The position numbers and the translations under genes were made by a program. Below are positions 22,101-37,100 of a stretch of 64,000 nt of DNA, piece after piece. The stretch spans positions 39,959 to 103,958 of the forward strand of contig NMRA01000472.1 in NCBI GenBank assembly GCA_002633005.1, read 5' to 3'. Under the pieces are notes generated by a model. That model made no database searches, had not been told where the DNA came from, and saw only the letters and a program-made list of their open reading frames with translations. The first letter of the stretch is position 1, and every line of letters starts with the position of its first letter. This stretch comes from Phoronis australis (taxonomy: Eukaryota; Animalia; Phoronida).

Positions 22101-25100
22101 CATTGTCATCAGTCTGGATAGACACTGCACAAAGTCGTCAAAGGACAACTTTCCTTTCTTGTTGTTGTATCTGACCGCCACCTTGTCAAGCGTGCTTTGG
22201 GAAAGGTTGATACCTGAAAGACAAGAGCAACTTCTCACAATGACTAACGTCAAGGAACAATCTGCTTCTGTGTTCTTTTGCAACGCCAGTGTCTTTGTTT
22301 CTCAATAACGTCAACGGATAAGTCTGACATATCAATCAAGCCATTGATTCTAGCTAATCAAGGCTCGGGAACATGCAAACACTCCAATTAGTCCCACAAA
22401 CATCCGTTGTCAACGAAACCAAAAAGTTGATTTTTATTAAGCTTGCGATATCGCGCAGATGTAAGGTTTACGCAGCAAAAAATAGAAGTTTGCTGGATTT
22501 AAAAGCATTAGACTTTACGATTCGCTGAATATACACGAGGAAATGTACGTCTGATAAATGAATCAACCCAAAACGAAATAAATCCACCTTCATAGTATTT
22601 TAAAGTATTTCTCTACTATTATCAGATGTAAATTAAGGTAACAATTAAATATACGGAACATGCGTGGGAGACAGCACATGTTTAACCTACGAAAACGCGT
22701 GCCTTTGTTGTGACATACATTGTCGGATTTTATACTGCTGCCAGGGTGGCAATACGTGTCGGCGTTCGCAGCCTGTATAGTCGCTGCGAGTAGGGACAAT
22801 ATGTGTCGATGGCGACAAGGCATGGAGACACATAGTGATGGCACATACTGTTGTCACATAAGACCATGAACATTTACCGAAATTACTTGGCTCACAGTGT
22901 ACATGAAGCGTGCGCACTACTACTCGTAGGACTAAGTGAAGGCATGGCGAAGTGTGTAGTCGATGAGGGACTCTACCAGTAGATCAGGTGGGTGTGACAG
23001 GGGGTCGGAATGCAGATCCAGAGTTCGAATTGGGGGGCTACCGAAAGTTGAAAGAAAAACAGTTTAGTATCCCAACTACTCCTGATCGCAAAGCCAACGC
23101 TCCCGCAAACGAGGTTGTTACATTCAGGGGAAGTGACAGCATATAGCTTGACAATATTAAATCAAATACTTAAAGATGGCTATTGAATACTTCCCACGTA
23201 ATGTGCAAGAAAAATGTGACCCCTCAACTTGGACTGTCACAAGGAAGGCTCTTTGAGCAGATAAGATATCCCCAGCCGTAGAAAAGACGCTCATTGGCAA
23301 AACGCGTTGCCGGTTACTAACTGATTTTCTATCACTACTGAGGACTATCGTCAATAGAAGTTGACTGCTGGTTTATAGTTGAAGTGATCCCGACGAATAG
23401 TTTACATGTTGGTTACAGAGGGTACAGACTGCTACGTTTTTCTTGTCACTGCTCTAATATGTATAGTACAATACTGGACTCCTGTGAGAAGCCGCTTTTG
23501 TTATACTTCACACACATTTTCGTGAACTTTTACTAGTTCATCTATTTTTTGATCAAACGCAACTAAAGATTCATAGTAACTAAATCAAAAGTTGTGACTG
23601 GCGACCTATTTTCTCTGTTAATTAAGGAACATAATTTATGTTTAGTTACTGTTAGGTGATGCTTATCAAAACCGAGCAGAAAACAAATATTTGTGGACCC
23701 GATGCGCGATTCGAACCGACAGCTCTGGGACACGGTTCTTGATAATTTCGCACACCTGTCACAGCAGTAAAAATAATTTCAGGCGCTCTCGTACACGTTT
23801 TACCAGACTTGCGCCAGCTGCTCATGTGGGCCCAAAGCACTGATCACTTGGGACTATTTTACGCTTTATTAAGCCGTATAGTAAGCTATGAGCCTCTATA
23901 TTTGAGAACGTGCTATGTCGTAACTCGTCATGTTCTCATCTGAATTTGTGCAGCACCCACTCATTTTTTGCATTTTATGGCGCTTTGGGTTGTCCATTAT
24001 ACATGTGTATCAAAGTATATTTGTATTTTGTATGTGTACTATTCCTCTACACATCATAAAAATGGCATATCACTTGAGAGCCATCTTTTTTCCGTTTGAA
24101 ATACAGGCTCTTGGTCCCACCTGCGTTTTACTGTTTTATTCTACCGTGATTGATTGGCATTCCTTCCACCACTGTACCAAAATTATTCGCCGTCACTAAG
24201 CTGTTTTGTGTTTAATCGTACGGAAAAGATTAGGAAGTTTTAAATTAATAAATGTTTTGCCAGTCAGACCTTGCTTGCCTAGTGCACTTCGCAACTCGTA
24301 CATGTCCATAGCGTTACTGTTGTCTTTGTCAAACTCGCTGAATATTTTCTGAAACGAAACGGAAAATAAAACTTATTCATGAATTGAAATGAAAGCTGCA
24401 TTTCACTCAGATATGTTGCCACCAGCAACTTAGCTTTGTTACTTACCACAGTCACAAGCGATCAAATAGTACGACGAAGATCGCCGATCAAATTGAAGAC
24501 CTATAGCCGGTATACGACTTATATATCTACCCAGAACAACACAATATTCTCTGGCAGCATTGCGTTAACGATCAAAATGAGGAAATGCCATTGTTCACAA
24601 GTCCATGAACTTACAAACAAAAAAGTACAATGTCGTTTGTCGTAATTAAACGTAGCACCATCATGTATGTTACAAAAACACTGGAGTACTCTGAACGGAA
24701 CTGAAAAGTTAGTCAAACCCACTTTCAGTTTAATAGATCACAAACACATCGTTTGTCTGTTCATGTTTTATCTGCGGTGGCCAAGGTCAAACAGTGGTTT
24801 CCAATAACAAGGAGGGTATACCTTGAACAAGTGACGCAATTTGCGTTGTTGGGACTAAGCATTCAGAGTTTACTCAATAAAACAGGAGTACGGGACATGA
24901 CGTTCAGATAGCTGTCATGTTTCAAGACTGTTTTCCTAGAAAAACGTGCTTTTACTTTTTGCTTATATTTTTACAACTTTCGTTGCAAAATTATCTCACT
25001 TTTGACCACACGGTATATCTTCTTGTAGTCTGCAAAAGGCTTACTACCAATAGGTTTACGGATCAACACCTACAAAAAGTTAGTATGTTTGAAACGAAAT

Positions 25101-28100
25101 CGTTATGAGTGGCTTTTTCAGGGTACCCTCCTTCAGATTACTTTTTACGAGTCCATTGTCTAAATGCGTGCACACCCAAATTTTGCGAAAATTCACCAGT
25201 TGAAGCTGTCATAGACAGCTATGACATTTGAAAATATCATCATTCCTAGTGAAATAATTTTCGAGACTGAGGGTGGAGTACGAGACTGACTGAATGACAC
25301 ACATATTGATAACTCGGATAATTTCTTGACTTAGAGATGACATTGCATTTATGTATATGGTACATATTTACCGTGTCGTCCCCATGTATCGCTAACTTCT
25401 ATAATTTGTCGTCATTTGGCTAAATGCAAAGGCTTACAGCGTTGCGCAAAGCCTCTAGTTGATACACGCCAATTCCGAACGCGCAATGTAGTTTGATAGC
25501 AACCACGAGTTAAAAACGTTGAATACATACCATCTGATCCTTCACAAGCATCCACAATGTCTTGAATTCTGCATAACCAAGTTTTCCGTTGCTGTCTTCC
25601 TGAGAGTCGAGTTAAGGTAAGCGTTAACGAAAAGTTGGATGAATAACCTCGTAACACCATATCTAAGAAATGGCTGACAGGACACGGGTGAAATTTCTGA
25701 ACTTTCCTCAGTAGACTTTTCCACGTTTGCATAAAGGGATATCGAAAACAACACTTTTATGATTATAATGAAACAAATCAAAAGTTCCGGAAAACAAACA
25801 AATAATAGTCTAGAAAACTCTTACAGCGTTTTTGAGATTTCACATTTATATAAAATGATTTGATTAATTAACAAACAATTTGATAACGACATCACTAAAT
25901 GGTCTAATGTTAGTTTTTGTGAGCTGAGTTTAAGTTGTGTTGTTCATTACTTATTCACCCGTTGTTGGAAAAAATTATGCAGTGAAAAACTTAAGTGGCC
26001 TGTAAGTAGGTCGACAGAAGTCGATTCCTTCACGAAATCAACTGATGTCAGAGCATCCCAATGACTGAGTTCTGCGCCAAGTTTCGCAAATATCAAACAA
26101 TCGGTTTTCTAGATTTTATCCGGCAAGGAATATCTTGTGGAAAATTAAAGATACGCCAAGCGCGTTCCCAGGTATCATCCGGAAAGGTTTTCAGCATCTT
26201 GACCTGTGAAAATGGCTGACATTTGAAAAAGACAATGAAAATAACGCACTTTATTACCTCCCGGACAAAGGAGAGTTCCATCGCTGGTAAAGGCCCTATT
26301 TTATAAAGGCAAATAAAAACTAGTTTTTGAATGTGAAGTTTTTCTGCACAAGGATACGTCTATGAAATTGATCAGGCTGCGACATGCCTCGAGACTGAAC
26401 TCGTTACCCGCCATTACTAAAATAGTACAAAAACACAATACAACATGTCAGATCTTAACAATGCAGCAGAATGCTACACAGTACAATACTACACAATACA
26501 ATACTACACAATTCAATACAAAAAATACAATACTAAACAACACGACACGACACAATACAATGGAATACATATTACTACACAATGCAATACAATACAATAC
26601 AATACTAAACAAGACAACACAATTCGTTACTACAAGTATACGATGCAATACCCAAGGAGTGCACTAAAACGGATGGCCAGACATCTACAAATTCAAAGAA
26701 AGTTAGATACAAGTTTGACACTATTTAACACGCCAAAATACTATCTAGTCTATGAGTTCCAGTCAGAGAAATACCACAATCATCAACACTCGATTTTTTT
26801 TCTACAGGCCAACGATGAATCAAGAAAATAAGCTTAAGTTCTAAGCAATAGACGTTCGATTTCAACCTACCAATTCAGCACCCAAACACACGGACTTCGA
26901 GCCCCTCATAATTTTATACGCCAGGCCTTCGAGCCTATTTCAAACAAGAATGGCTCGACGACGTATTTGAAATAAACACCCTATCCTTAGACAAAACGCC
27001 ACGAAAAAAACTTAGAATGTCAAGAAATAGGGTCACCAAAGAATAGTAGGACAATAATATAAGATAGTGCTGGGTCTTACTAGGCAGACCCGTAGGTAGG
27101 CAAAACTTATTGGGCGGGGGGGGCACAAACCTTTCGACTTCGCCAAACAAGTCCCCCCATCGCCAATACCTCCGTCACCCCACCCCCTCTCGCTCCCGTG
27201 CTCCCGATGCCACCATATTTGTACCGAATCTCCCACGTCCGCCCTATGTGAGGGGCACAGTGGCGGATTTAGGGGTGGCCAAGGGGCCATGGCCCCAGTA
27301 TAATTCCCCCAGATTCCATTTGGCTGTTCGAGGGTGCTAATTTCTGAGGGGTAAAACTTTGACCAATACTCTGCCCTAACCCCCACAACTCAAAATACTG
27401 AATCCGCCGCTGGGACAACCCCGCGGAGATGAAGCCATCAAGAGTTGAGTAACCGTGAACCAACACGGAGAGTAAGAATGGGGCTAGTACCAGTACACGG
27501 ACTGGTAGCGAGGAGCTGCCTCAAATAGCTATAGATGAGATCTAGCAGCAGTGTGAAAATACGAAATTCCTGATAAACTAAAGCTAGTTGCTGGTCAGCT
27601 CAGCTGTGATTCACTTGAGACAGGCAGCTCGTACCAGTCGTCTGCGCTCGCTCTACGATCAAGATTCGTTTTATTGTGATCCAATTTCGGGAAAATTTTA
27701 TTTTATTATGGTCATTCTTTGAAGGATTTTTTTTTTGAAAATGTGAGGTCTCGAAGCCCCTGGTATAGTGCCTTTGGGGCTGTTTCAAAATGCCTAGATT
27801 AAACACGACTGTAATCCAGTTTCTGGTGGCTGGGGAACAGGATAGTATGTGCTAAAAATGAACGCCTGGAGTTCAAATTCAGTTCCCGTGGATCACTGAG
27901 ATTCTGCGCGCCGGGCTTACTGCAGGGTTACATCTTATTTTTAACGAGGGTACGTCAGTCATGACGTGCACGCAAATCAGGACAAGCAATCAATTCCATA
28001 TTGTAAACAAAAATTCATTGCTTAGTACTACTGGAAACTAAAAACACCAAGGAAGTGCAAAGACAACCTTTCCAAGCAATGAGTTTAATTTTATTTATTT

Positions 28101-31100
28101 GAGGATTTTTAAAACGTTTTTTCTATCTACGGTTTGTGAATCCGAATTTCATCAATCTTTGAGAGTTATTTTAGATATGCAAAAATCGTCTACAAGTGTA
28201 CTTAGCTATTTGGGGATCGGATTATAGAGTTTTTCCAACTTCAGGCTGCAATTCACTGAAACATCGTCAATTCTTACAAGATTAGCTTCTAATTGTCAAA
28301 AATCATTTATGAATCTATCGATTTTTCATAGATACATAAACAAGTAAACAAGAAACCAACGAACTTTTTTATAAAAACGGAATGTTGTAAGCAATTTCCG
28401 CATGTATGCCTGCAGACTTTTGATGGGTAACCGGTGGAACTTGGGAGATGGGGCATTCGTATTAAGGTGTATGTTTGCTCATTTCGGAGGTGCCTATAAC
28501 CGTTCACGAGGTAAACTTGAACTCCACTGACAAAAAAAAAAACGCTGAAATCTTTGGTTATCATTGCGAGAGTTTTTGAGTACCCCTTTTCGACATGTAC
28601 TCGGTCATCACAAATAGTAGCCTAGACAGCAGCGTTTTCCACATGTGGAACTAACGATCGGAAATAGTCCTTTTGGGTATTTCACAAATAGTGATCTTCA
28701 CGTTCTTCAAAACTCCACCCTTTCGATGGTGGCAATCCTACTATATTTTTTCACATTTTTGGTTGTTTGGGTCGAATGGCTGTGCTGTGCACGAATGTTT
28801 TGTTTTTTGATGAATTTGGAATCTCAATTTCCATCGTGAATACTTGGCAGTGTCGGATTTACATGTATACAGGGCAAAAGGGACATTTCCCTCGAACTGC
28901 TCCACCAAGAGAGGGTACCATCTGAAATGGGACGCCTTAAGATAAAAAGCTAAACATCATTGAGCTTGGAAAAAAGGGTGACAGTGCATTCCACCGTCGT
29001 GTGGTCCTAAAACGATGCAGGGATTGACCTCCTTCAACATGAAAGCCGGTTGGACGATCTCACAAAAAGCAGGAAAATAGAGGTAATCGAGTCCAACAAT
29101 GGACCCTCCCTCCGTGAGCGGCCACTTAAGAATTTGTCAATAAAAACACAAAAAGGGGACCACTTGAATGTCACCAATAGCTCCTCCAAGGGCGGGGCCC
29201 CTAATTAATGAAAAAATCTACATTTTCAAATATCAGGAAATGCGCAGCAATTGATGTTATCTGTCAGGTCATCATATTTTCTCAAGTAATATACAGTTTC
29301 GAGAGAAAAATAAAGCGTTATCCCTTGCCAGAGAAAGGCATCTGGAAAAATAGAGTTTTGCATTCGCAAAATTGACTTATTGAATTTAAAAATCCAGTAA
29401 ATTAGTACGCTCCGAAAAAGCTTCGTTTCACAAATTTTCTCGATTTTTCGAAATATTATATATATGATTGATTTCGTGCACGTTTAGACGATCTGTGCTG
29501 CAAAAGCGGAAACCCTAACAACCATGTCGAGGACAGGGTCCTCAAAAGGTAAACCATGCACTGATGTAGAGTTGTTAATAATTCCTGAATTTTCTCTCTT
29601 ATCCGTATTTCGCAGTCTTTCTTTTCTCACTGTCCCCGGCTCTACGCCTACATCGGTTTCCACGGCTGAACCCTGACACCTAAAAGTTTTTTGAGAGGGG
29701 GGGGCGTGCCCCCCAGCCCCCCTCGCTTCCTAAGGCCCGGAATTCTCCGTTATGACGGCTGGGCGGAACCGGATTCCACGTCAGATTAGTCTTCTCTCAT
29801 GACCGAGAATGAAGGGGAATTTCAATTCCCTACGAACAGCCAATGACATTCTACACATATTTACTCACGTACTTTTATAAAGTTGCAGTGGACCCGGCTT
29901 CTGTCAAAACTTTTGATTTAGACAACTAATCGTCACAAAAAGGGCTTCCACAACAGATGTATTTGACTTTCAAAATGGTAACACGTAATGGAAAAATGTT
30001 AAAGGAAATGCAGCTTTACCGTGAGTGGGCAAAATGCTATTGAGTCTCAAAATATTCGTGTCGATTAACTGGCTGTATCATTGAACAATTTTTTATTGGT
30101 ATACAGAACATGTGCAACAGAAAAGATCAAGCTATTCTCATTCTTAACTTACAGTCACACACTCACACAAGCACCCGCCCCCCTCAACATATCCACCCAA
30201 TTTAGGTAGGATGTTGTCAGGAAAAAGTTATGGTTAATCAGTGTCTTCAGGTTGCCTGGTTTGGACAATTATTGTCTTTCAAAAAGCATGTTTTATTTTC
30301 TTAGTTACAGGAAATCTCTGTCTCAAATCTTTAAGTTGAGAGATTTCTTAAACTTGAGTTCGATGTCTTAAAAATCCGTGACCTATCGTGTGAGAAGAGT
30401 CATTCTGTGACTACTGATTGTTGACTATTGGTCGAGACCGTACTCAATAGGTTCAATAGCCTTAATCCACTTGGTCACGATTTTATGCTCTGATCAATTA
30501 AGCAATAACAAACTGCTAGCTATTTCCACGCCCATACATCCTGCTATACCAAGGTGCCAGCTGAGGGTAAGAAAGGGGGACAGATTTAAGGGATCCCCAT
30601 AAATCCACCGTGAAAAGTGTACTTTTTGGATGATAAAATTAAGAATAAGAGAGGGTGGACACTTTGTACCGTGGTGATACATTAGATTTTCGGACACCTG
30701 GTCTTACGTGGTACAGAGGAAACGATTTTTCAATCAATTTGTAGGCGTGCGCAATCAAACTGTTGCATTTTGTAAACTTTGAATAAAAAATTCTCTTAAC
30801 TTATCTTGGTGAGGTTGTGACCGTACATACGCGGCCAATGTAGTGTTGGTAACAAGAACTTTGTGCTTACTCTTTTTTGTAGCTGTCGACAAAATTTGTT
30901 GCAGCTCAAAAGCATCAATTTCCTTGTCAACGCCGGCGAGTTTGTCAAAGAGTGCCTTGAAACTTGAGTCCATAGCGGCATCTTCATCAGGAGTGGGTTT
31001 TTGGAACTGAAACAGTTTAACATGTTTAAAGATATCTGAAACCTTATTTACAGAAATAGGCCGTTTTAAAAATATTTCACATGTGTGTAGCAAAACACCT

Positions 31101-34100
31101 TAACCTCATTATCGAATACAAAATATAAGCCATGTAGCGAGAGAAACGATTTAGCAGAACCAATCAAATCGAATCTCCCGCCATAGAGCAGTTCTGTATG
31201 TACCCCTTCGCCCTTTCAATCACCGAGTTAATATAACATTGAGCCAACGAGGTGTACATAGCATAGAAAGATGCTGCGGAAACGAAGATAGGCCGTAGTT
31301 CTTATCCTGAGGGAGTTGTGCGCCTGCCTGCATAAGAACGTTGAGAACGAATACACCGAGTCCAAGTTGCAGCACCGACCCGTGATTTTGTGTTCAATTT
31401 CAACATAGTAAGTTGAGAAAAAAATAAATTCTCACTGAAATGTATTAATTTGATCTGTAATATGACATTTCGCTGTTTCGGTCTCGTGCTTACGGTGTGC
31501 ATTAACCACTGACTTACTTTCTATTGTCTATTTCGTACTTGGTTTCTCGATATCAGTCTCCCAGAGCGTGGTGTATAACAATGAGGCATATTCACAAAAT
31601 TAAAGTTAATTACACACTGCAAATTCAGAATGACATTGCGAGTGAATGTTGGAATAGCGTACATGGTTAAGGCTTATATAGGTTATATTGACCAAAAACA
31701 AGTTTTCACCGAATAATTAAGCGATAACCGCAAGATTTTTAAGACTCGTGGCGTTTTCCGTTTTTTCTTGGCTTTGGCAAATCGACTTAAGCTGAGCTTA
31801 GGAACGCGAGTTTTCGAAAACGGCTCTGTGAAATTCATCGAAACTTTCCAATTTTAATATTTGTTGATCAATCTCAAAAACAATGTTAGGTTTTTCCTTT
31901 TTAGCGCCTAGTTTTTGCATAACCGGAGTAAAATAGACGAATACGACAGCTATGTTTCACAATGAAAATACCTTACGTTTCCCAAATTAATTTGACATAG
32001 AAACACAAATAAGTCAGTTATGAAAAATTCCTAAAAGCATTTTTCATGTAAACTGTGAAGTTTTTATTTAAAAAGTGTTTTATTAAAATCGACCTAAGAG
32101 TTATTTGGTATGAATGTACGTTTCTTTAAAATGAAAAATAAAATTTGACTTAAAAAGTTGGTTAAGTAATAAAAATAATGGCACACAAATATAGTATTTT
32201 TATAATTTCTGATCTTTTTTCATTCAGAAAATATATACTTTTACTAGTTGACATGGCTTGGTTTTCTGATATATGAGTTAGAATAAAGGCCACTGAATAA
32301 GGTTTGAGATAACCGTAAGATGTATAAAACAACAAGGAATCTTCAGAATAAGCCTACAGCAACATTACGAGCCTCCCAAAACAATTGCTTTGAAAAGTAT
32401 TCTATATCTGAGAGGCAAAACAGAGTTTCGCGATACAAGTGTCGATGATATTGGAAAAGTTAATCACGCGATGGTTTCCGGAATGCTTGGATATGGACAC
32501 GTCAACTTTTTACAGAGGTAATGTCTAGCTATATAACAAGTCATTTTAGTTCCTATTATTCACCAAAACGTCCAATGATCCTGGATTTTTTTTCTGTAAG
32601 TCCCCAAAAAACGTTTAATGTTCAGCACTTTTTCTAAGAATTACGTGACTCGATATTGAATGGAATATTAATCATAAAAATAATCAGTTATTACTTAAAA
32701 ATCTAAGACACGGCCTTGACATTCATTCAGCTCTCAAAAAATCCAACCAGGAATAGAATCGTTGGACTCTCTCTCGAGATTCGTTTTTCCAAGTCTGAAG
32801 TCTTGCTCAAGGAGCAATCGCTGAAAACGCAATCTTATATCAACAGTAGAACACTCACCGTTTTGTTCTCCATTTACAGACTGAACAGCGACGTAGCCAA
32901 GTTTCTTCATTTGTTCACTTGAACATGGGAGGCGCAGCACTGAAAAAGTGTGGGGGGGAAAGTCCCCCCCAGCATCGCTGTGGTGCACCGCCAATAGACC
33001 ATGAGTGGCTCAGCACTGAAAAAAGTGGGGCTATAGCCCCCCAGACCCCCATGGAGCACCACCCATATTGAAGGAGTGGGTTGATTGACCAACAATAAGG
33101 GTTCAGACAGGACGTCTTTGCAAGAGTGTTTCAAAAACTGGCGATTGTCAAGAGAACACAACTACTATTTATATCAAGTTAAACTTATTTGAAATCGTTA
33201 CATATTTTGCATCCAGCACAGCCAATACTTTTAAAATGGCAATTACATGTAAATTTAAAAGCGGTGGTAGAACTTACCTTGCGTCTTTCGATCACTGTGG
33301 CTTTGTCATTGGAACTGGAATGAGAAAGTAGTAGTAGTAGTAGTAGTAGTAATACACTTTATTCACTTTAAGTCAAAAACCAAAAAATACAGTTGATATA
33401 AATTTACGCTTATGGAGACTCCGTGAAGGACCAGAGAGGTCCGCTGACCACGGAGCCACCAGAGAATAAGAAAGAAAAAATACAGCGTTACAGATAAGCA
33501 GAACTATAAAAATTAGGTGATGATGTACTTTAAAACTACTTGTGTAAAGACTGGGAGAGATTATCGAAAATAGTTACATACAAAGCAGTTGGGAATAGTG
33601 CACTCAAGTTCATAATTTTCAAAACAAACATTCTTAAAATAATTTATAACAGAGGATAACGAATGGGTAAAAAGTTTTTGGTAGACACTTTCAGGAAGGT
33701 TATTAATGATATGAGGTAGGGCATTTCGAACTGAATCTTCAACAAATGATTTAGTACAACGGGGAGTATGTAAAAGATGTCGTTGCCTAGTGTAATGTTC
33801 ATGAACAGACCCACGAGTAATTAAATTGAACGTGTTAAAAAATAAAGGTAAGTAATTATGAACATATTTGTAGAAAAATTTAATAATAGCAACAACATAC
33901 AAGTCCTTTATTTTGAGTAACTGTGTAGTCTTAAATAAAGGATCTGTATGGGCATTNNNNNNNNNNNNNNNNNNNNNNNNNNNNNNNNNNNNNNNNNNNN
34001 NNNNNNNNNNNNNNNNNNNNNNNNNNNNNNNNNNNNNNNNNNNNNNNNNNNNNNNNNNNNNNNNNNNNNNNNNNNNNNNNNNNNNNNNNNNNNNNNNNNN

Positions 34101-37100
34101 NNNNNNNNNNNNNNNNNNNNNNNNNNNNNNNNNNNNNNNNNNNNNNNNNNNNNNNNNNNNNNNNNNNNNNNNNNNNNNNNNNNNNNNNNNNNNNNNNNNN
34201 NNNNNNNNNNNNNNNNNNNNNNNNNNNNNNNNNNNNNNNNNNNNNNNNNNNNNNNNNNNNNNNNNNNNNNNNNNNNNNNNNNNNNNNNNNNNNNNNNNNN
34301 NNNNNNNNNNNNNNNNNNNNNNNNNNNNNNNNNNNNNNNNNNNNNNNNNNNNNNNNNNNNNNNNNNNNNNNNNNNNNNNNNNNNNNNNNNNNNNNNNNNN
34401 NNNNNNNNNNNNNNNNNNNNNNNNNNNNNNNNNNNNNNNNNNNNNNNNNNNNNNNNNNNNNNNNNNNNNNNNNNNNNNNNNNNNNNNNNNNNNNNNNNNN
34501 NNNNNNNNNNNNNNNNNNNNNNNNNNNNNNNNNNNNNNNNGGGGGGGCAGGGCAGAGTATTAGCCATGATTTTGGCGGTCAGACGTTCACACCCCCGAAT
34601 AGTCAAATGCAATCTGAAGAATTTTAGGGGGGGAGGGCATGGGCCCCTTGGCCCTCTCTAAACCCGCCACTGGTTCTGTCTTAGCGAGTTACTTATTGAC
34701 AATGCTGTGTTTTAGGAAAAAGTTATCTCTGTTTTTTGACTTACGTTGGAGTTGAAAATTCATGTACAACCCAAGAAAAAGTAACCAGACAACATACGGT
34801 TTTCCCGTCTTGACGGTTAATTCTGTAAATAGCAAAATTTGCTGCTTATAAGCCTAATTCACGCAGACAAGAAACGCGCTTCAAAACAAGGCTCTCTACG
34901 ATACCTCCGTTAAATGGCTTGTAGGATAGTAGTGTTCCGCATTGCTCAAACGGCGATAGAAAGAAAACGAACATTCAGCTGTCTGTCTTTTGTACAATCT
35001 CTAATGCCGTTGAGATTCGGAAGCGTTGGATCGTTGTCATACGCCGCGACGAAGGAAAATATTTCCGGGTAAAATTTGTAAATGTTTTCGAAAGTATGGC
35101 CATACTTTGTCGCATCTCAGTTGCCGAGCATCACAGCAACGGCCGGTGAATCTTCGTCCAGCCAGGCTGTGTTTTCATGAATCTAGGTTGAAACATGATA
35201 CATGTGTTTCCAAAAAGGAAAGGGCCCCCAATCCCTTGATTTTGGGGCCGAATATTGGCCCTATTCCCCCCTCAAAAATGTTGAAAAATTATGCGAAATT
35301 CCCCTCACGATGCGTAAAAATTAGTCTGAAGGGATTTGAAACCTAAAACATGAAATATATGTAAGAATTATTAAAAACAAATGGTCAAATAATTTTAGCT
35401 TCAATTACCTGCCTGGTTTTTTATTTTAATAAAAATAATTTTAACAACATCAATCATTCTTGCAGGTTAATGACAAATCAACTGTTAGTCCCAGTAGTTC
35501 CAACTCACTGCAGGACCTAGTAGGCTATGCTTGATGTTAATATTCGTTATCAACAAATTAAACCAAATGTGACTTGCACATGACAGCAAAATGCGATGAG
35601 CCACCACTGTCAAATATATCTGCAACTCGTCAGAAATACGAGCAGATAACCTGGTTGGTGTAGAAAGCACTTTTATCAACAATTTACAAGAACAAACGTA
35701 ACCTGCATTCAGCATATGTACATGTACCTAATCCGTAACACGATCGCCGCAATTTAGTCATATTTACTTTTCATGTTTCGAACCTATTTTTCCGAAAAAA
35801 CACATAAACTTTAGTCAGACAACTCTTTGAACCTTTGACTTGTTCTCTAATGTCTTTTTCTACGTCTATGTGATTAATTATTGACAGATTTTTAGGATTT
35901 AATATCCAAGTTGGATTCGAAAGACCAGCCATTTAACTCACGCAATGTCAACTTCCGCTACGTTTATCGCAGTGAGCCTCGCTTTGGATTTTAATGTCCG
36001 CCTCTTAAATAATAAGTATAACTATTAGGGCGGCGAAATTTTGGCCACCTTACTAACTTTCCTGTTTATTACATGTAGTCTTCATTCTCCGTCATGAGGG
36101 AAGACTACTCTAACGAGGAACTCAGCTTCCGCCCAGACGTCATGACGCGGAATTTTGAGTCATTTTGTCTGAATACTTTTGGCTTGATGCAATGACATTA
36201 TGTAAAATACACCCACGGCTTATGCACGACCTTTGATGAAACAGACTCCAGAATTAACTGATCAAAACTCTGTGAAGTAACGGAGGGAATAAACATGTAG
36301 CACTTTGATGTTAACTTCGCAGTATCTACTTGATCCATTGGCAACATCTGATCTTTTTAGAAATATTTAAAATAATGTAACATATAGCACTCAGCTGAAA
36401 ATGGGAGATACAAGGTGCGGTAGAATCAAATCGATGTTGTTGACATATCAGTACGTTCTTATAACTCAAAATCAGCTGGCATCTCCACGAAAACAACATA
36501 TAAATAAACACAAAAAGGCTTACATGAATCAGATGCAAAAAGCCCACCAAATTTCGTTGAAGGAACTGAAGGAATGGCAAAAAATATGACAGGACGCATG
36601 GACAACGATTTAGCAGATCAAACGCTACACTTAATCATTTTCGCCGGTTCCGCCGGGTCAACAGGCTGAGACACCTGATAGGTTCTCGAAGACGATCTCC
36701 GGCTAACCGATCAATCAGACTGCTTAGCCTGTTGACGTTTTGCGACTTAATTTTTAAACAAACCTGAGTGACACCGGTTTCTCAGAGTAGATGCGCAACA
36801 GGAAATCGCCTTGGTGACCGGGATCGAATGTTGACGGTATAATAGCGTACTTGCCGGGTGCAAGAGAGTGACGGCCGCACACCTCCCGGCTGTTGATGAA
36901 GTTCTGCGACCTCTCGCTGGACTGGTGATACGCGAAGAAGTCGCGGTCAAGGCGTCCACCCTTAAGGTCATCATCAGTCACCTAAAAATACTTGATTATG
37001 CAGGTTGTATTTCACATATACGAATGCAGAATGTTCCACTGTGACTGCGTTCTAACTAATGTGCAGATGTCATACAATCTTGGATGCGCACGATTATCCC

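Noticed and set aside
24447-24500. Possible 54-nt exon with a strong GTAAGT donor between the EF2 and EF3 exons
   Set aside because: Weak acceptor, in-frame stop, no calpain similarity.
29869-29900. Short AG...GTGAGT-bounded segment in a calpain intron
   Set aside because: Stop in the required phase and no homology; the expected exon was found at 26416-26358.
31667-32719. Possible 1-kb TTAA-flanked element (TTAA|GGC...GCC|TTGA)
   Set aside because: The terminal match is too short and the TSD imperfect; boundaries could not be established by eye.
33908-34661. Long ORFs in the supplied track spanning the gaps (also 57401-57973)
   Set aside because: Artefacts of translating N runs.
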